Assembly: GCA_050309605.1 (NCBI GenBank)
Contig: JBNRMN010000022.1
Location: 1-19,659 of the forward strand
Reading direction: 5' to 3'
Source: Anaerohalosphaeraceae bacterium
GTDB taxonomy: Bacteria > Planctomycetota > Phycisphaerae > Sedimentisphaerales > Anaerohalosphaeraceae
DNA length: 19,659 nt
Shown here piece by piece: positions 17,546 through 19,659 of this stretch (the stretch's first letter is position 1; every line of letters begins with the position of its first letter). A model generated the notes under the pieces. The model saw nothing but the letters and a program-made list of their open reading frames with translations, had not been told where the DNA came from and searched no databases. Both the position numbers and the translations under genes were made by a program.

Positions 17546-19108
17546 TCATTCATCGTAGCCCGAAGCAACACGCTCATTGGCCTCGTCATGCCCTTCGCGC
17601 GGCGGAATCCTGTCGGTCAGTTCTATCTCGCCGCGCAGCATTTTTGACGCCTGGCCGACCTGCCACAGATAGTGATCGGTCGGCAAGCCCTCATAGGTCA
17701 GGAATTCGCTTTTGCCGACAGGCGGCGTATTGGTAATTTTGTAGATCTGCGTTCCTTCATCCAGCTCGTCAAACATCGCCTGATAGATCATCGTCGCTCC
17801 GTTGGCGATCAGCGCGTGGTGTTGTGCCCACAAAAAACGTCCATCTTCACGCGAAATATAATTTTGGGTGCCTGTCAGGTTTTTCCAGCTAAAGCCGGGA
17901 AAGCTGACCGGCATATACTCAAGGCCGTTGTCTTGGCACCATTTCAGATCATCGGCTGCAACCGTTTGGGCATAAGCTGTGGCCTCATCAATCGTCCGGA
18001 AGCGTCCAACCGTCCAGGGGGAAATAATGTCGGCGTTTTGATACAATTCCAGAAAGCGTTCATCATTTGAGGCATCCGGTCCCATGGTTCTCCAATACGT
18101 AGGTACACCCAACATCACGGTATTGCCGCCGTAGCGAGGGTCATTTTGAAAGAAATCAACCAGTTTCTCGCAATCTTCCAGTGTGTATTCTCGGTTGCTG
18201 CGAAATCCCACACCCCATAGCCCAACAACCGCAGCGCCGTTGTGATGCTGATAGGCCTTGTCGTCCGGGTCTTTGGTAATCCCCATAATATCGACAAGGT
18301 ATTTCCAGTCTCGTATCACGTTGTCAGTGTAGTTTTCCGGCATGGAGGTTAAATCATACATAATCGCATAGGTTCTGCCATATTGATTGGCTCCGCGGCG
18401 GCACAGGTTCAGCACATGATTATAAACCTCCCGACTTAATTTGGCTTCCTCATCCCAGTCAATCGTCACTTCCATCACGAACCGCTGGACAAAGACGCCG
18501 TCAATCCCGTAATCGTGCATCCATTTGAAATGACGCAGCGTTGATTTGGGATGGGCATTGCTATAGACATACGCCTTGCTGCCGTCGGGGTGAAAGAATT
18601 TATGCGGCAAATATTTCTCGTCATGATCCATTTCCGACATATCCGGCCAGTAATCAATCCCGCAGTTGCCATCATAAAAATTGAGGTCTCTGCCGCGATA
18701 ATGGACCCATGGCAGCCCCGTTCCGTCGCCGGCACAGCGATACCAGCCCTGGTAGCCGGCCATGATTTTTTTATCCAGTGTCGAGGCGTCCACCCGCTGA
18801 ATCTCGGTTCGATCCAGGCGGTCCAACGCGCGCCGATACATCGTCTTGGCATCGGGCATTCGACGGGTGCTGGAATCATAGTCCTTTTGGACACGGTCAA
18901 GCAGATCCATCCAAAGGGTGATCCTGAATACGTGAAGGTCCTCCGGTTTCACATCGCCGAATGTGTCCTTAAACTCGGCAGATCCCATCAATTTTCGACG
19001 AAGGGCATCAGCCATGTCTTGTGATTCCTGCATCCAGGCGATAGCCTCTTCCATCTCCTTTTGGGACGGCTCCCTTCCCAGCATCTCAAGATAAGCTGCG
19101 TTAACCAT
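17546..19108 (-). CDS. GH71/GH99-like glycoside hydrolase with N-terminal helical (DUF4214-like) segment; 3' part of a larger interrupted gene
   Basis: Motifs IMAGYQGWY, HFKWMHDYGIDGVFVQRF, SPWTVGR, PVSFPGFSW and AMFDELDEG. The N-terminus reads AYLEMLGREP...LMGSAEF. There is no RBS or signal peptide at 19108, and the frame continues upstream to an in-frame TAG at 19156-19154. Confidence 0.8.
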   Translation of the reverse strand: MVNAAYLEMLGREPSQKEMEEAIAWMQESQDMADALRRKLMGSAEFKDTFGDVKPEDLHVFRITLWMDLLDRVQKDYDSSTRRMPDAKTMYRRALDRLDRTEIQRVDASTLDKKIMAGYQGWYRCAGDGTGLPWVHYRGRDLNFYDGNCGIDYWPDMSEMDHDEKYLPHKFFHPDGSKAYVYSNAHPKSTLRHFKWMHDYGIDGVFVQRFVMEVTIDWDEEAKLSREVYNHVLNLCRRGANQYGRTYAIMYDLTSMPENYTDNVIRDWKYLVDIMGITKDPDDKAYQHHNGAAVVGLWGVGFRSNREYTLEDCEKLVDFFQNDPRYGGNTVMLGVPTYWRTMGPDASNDERFLELYQNADIISPWTVGRFRTIDEATAYAQTVAADDLKWCQDNGLEYMPVSFPGFSWKNLTGTQNYISREDGRFLWAQHHALIANGATMIYQAMFDELDEGTQIYKITNTPPVGKSEFLTYEGLPTDHYLWQVGQASKMLRGEIELTDRIPPREGHDEANERVASGYDE

Positions 19109-19153
19109 AGCCCGGACTTCGTATTCACCATATTCATAAATCCGGTAACCCAG

Positions 19154-19535
19154 CTAGTTTGTCTTGCCATGATTGCAGCGAAGCAAGTGCAGCAGATGCC
19201 GTTGGCTTGGCACGAATTCGTTTTGCAAAATACTGTCGGTTACCCGATCCGGATTAAACAGAAACGGCCCCGGTTCATCCGGCGGATCGTTGGGACTGAG
19301 ACCTTCACCCCTGCCGGAGTGGTTGGCAATACTGATGTTGTCGTACACGTAAAATCTCTCGGTGCCGTTCATGACAAGTCCGTATCCGGCCGCACCGCCT
19401 GCGATGACATTGCCGTAAACGGACGCACCGACCAGTGTTTTATCTTTTAGATGGGGGACCCAGACACCGGTACCCATCGGGATTGAGATGTGAATGCGCG
19501 CTCCAAATGAATCGATATAGTTGTTTCTAACTATA
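19154..19535 (-). pseudogene. Upstream fragment (parallel beta-helix-like) of the same gene, ended by an in-frame TAG and truncated 5' by a probable IS
   Basis: It is in the same frame as 17546..19108 (…GKTN*LGYRIYEYGEYEVRAMVNAAY…). Beta-helix-type repeats are visible: IVRNNYI, ASVYGNVI, YVYDNIS. The ORF's ATG (19561) lies inside the putative IS end. Confidence 0.65.
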
Positions 19536-19659
19536 CTCAAGTTGACTGATTTTTTAAACATAGATTTATGCGGCGATCAGTAGTCGCCCAAGCTCTTTGA
19601 CAATTTGCGTTCCACTGGACAGTTTCTTTAAGTGTTCCGTCAGATCGTTCCAGACGATG
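19536..19659 (-). mobile_element. Probable right end of an IS element (IS4/IS701-like DDE type), running off the window edge
   Basis: An ORF ending ...ELGRLLIAA* is followed 30 bp later by ...AGTCAACTTGAG, which abuts the middle of a coding region at an AT-rich junction. The terminus resembles recalled IS4/IS701-group ends. The other end is not visible. Confidence 0.55.
19566..19658 (-). CDS. Partial CDS: C-terminal 30 aa of a probable transposase
   Basis: An open frame runs from the window edge, IVWNDLTEHLKKLSSGTQIVKELGRLLIAA, to TAA at 19568-19566. The identity is inferred from position only. Confidence 0.45.
   Translation of the reverse strand: MVWNDLTEHLKKLSSGTQIVKELGRLLIAA

Noticed and set aside
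17454..17548. Possible second nonsense codon (frame stays open about 30 codons past TGA 17546)
   Set aside because: The GH domain is already complete compared with its paralogue, and the extension is AT-rich promoter-proximal sequence with no support.
19154..19156. Genome-wide amber recoding or pyrrolysine
   Set aside because: TAG serves as an apparently normal stop at 5405-5407 and 14605-14607. There are no pyl genes in the window, and the gene is probably already IS-disrupted.
19536..19561. ATG 19561 as the genuine start of a 135-aa protein
   Set aside because: It has no RBS or signal peptide, it lies within the putative IS end, and the domain starts mid-repeat.

Overview
Bacterial genomic window. 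The PEP-CTERM gene, Tat-exported sulfatases and REP-type repeats suggest a planctomycete such as Phycisphaerae/Sedimentisphaerales, but this is inference. There are four parts. (1) Positions 1-480 are a non-coding mosaic of REP-like palindromic elements and a 25-bp tandem repeat. (2) Positions 643-5407 (+) form a three-gene operon: a secreted two-domain HEXXH zinc metallopeptidase whose second domain has lost its catalytic residues, a sodium:solute symporter with an unusual ~115-aa soluble insert, and an Xaa-Pro aminopeptidase. (3) Positions 5582-6196 (+) encode a stand-alone PEP-CTERM surface protein with a near-consensus sigma70 promoter and an intrinsic terminator. (4) Positions 6299-19535 (-) are a glycan-degradation cluster: a Tat metallophosphoesterase, three Cys-type Tat sulfatases, a GH38 alpha-mannosidase, a GH99-like enzyme and two paralogous GH71/99-like hydrolases. 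The rightmost hydrolase appears to be part of a larger multidomain gene (beta-helix-like + small helical domain + GH) that carries an in-frame TAG at 19154-19156 and is cut at about 19535 by the probable end of an IS element. No rRNA, tRNA or CRISPR array was seen. Family assignments come from motif recognition, not database searches.
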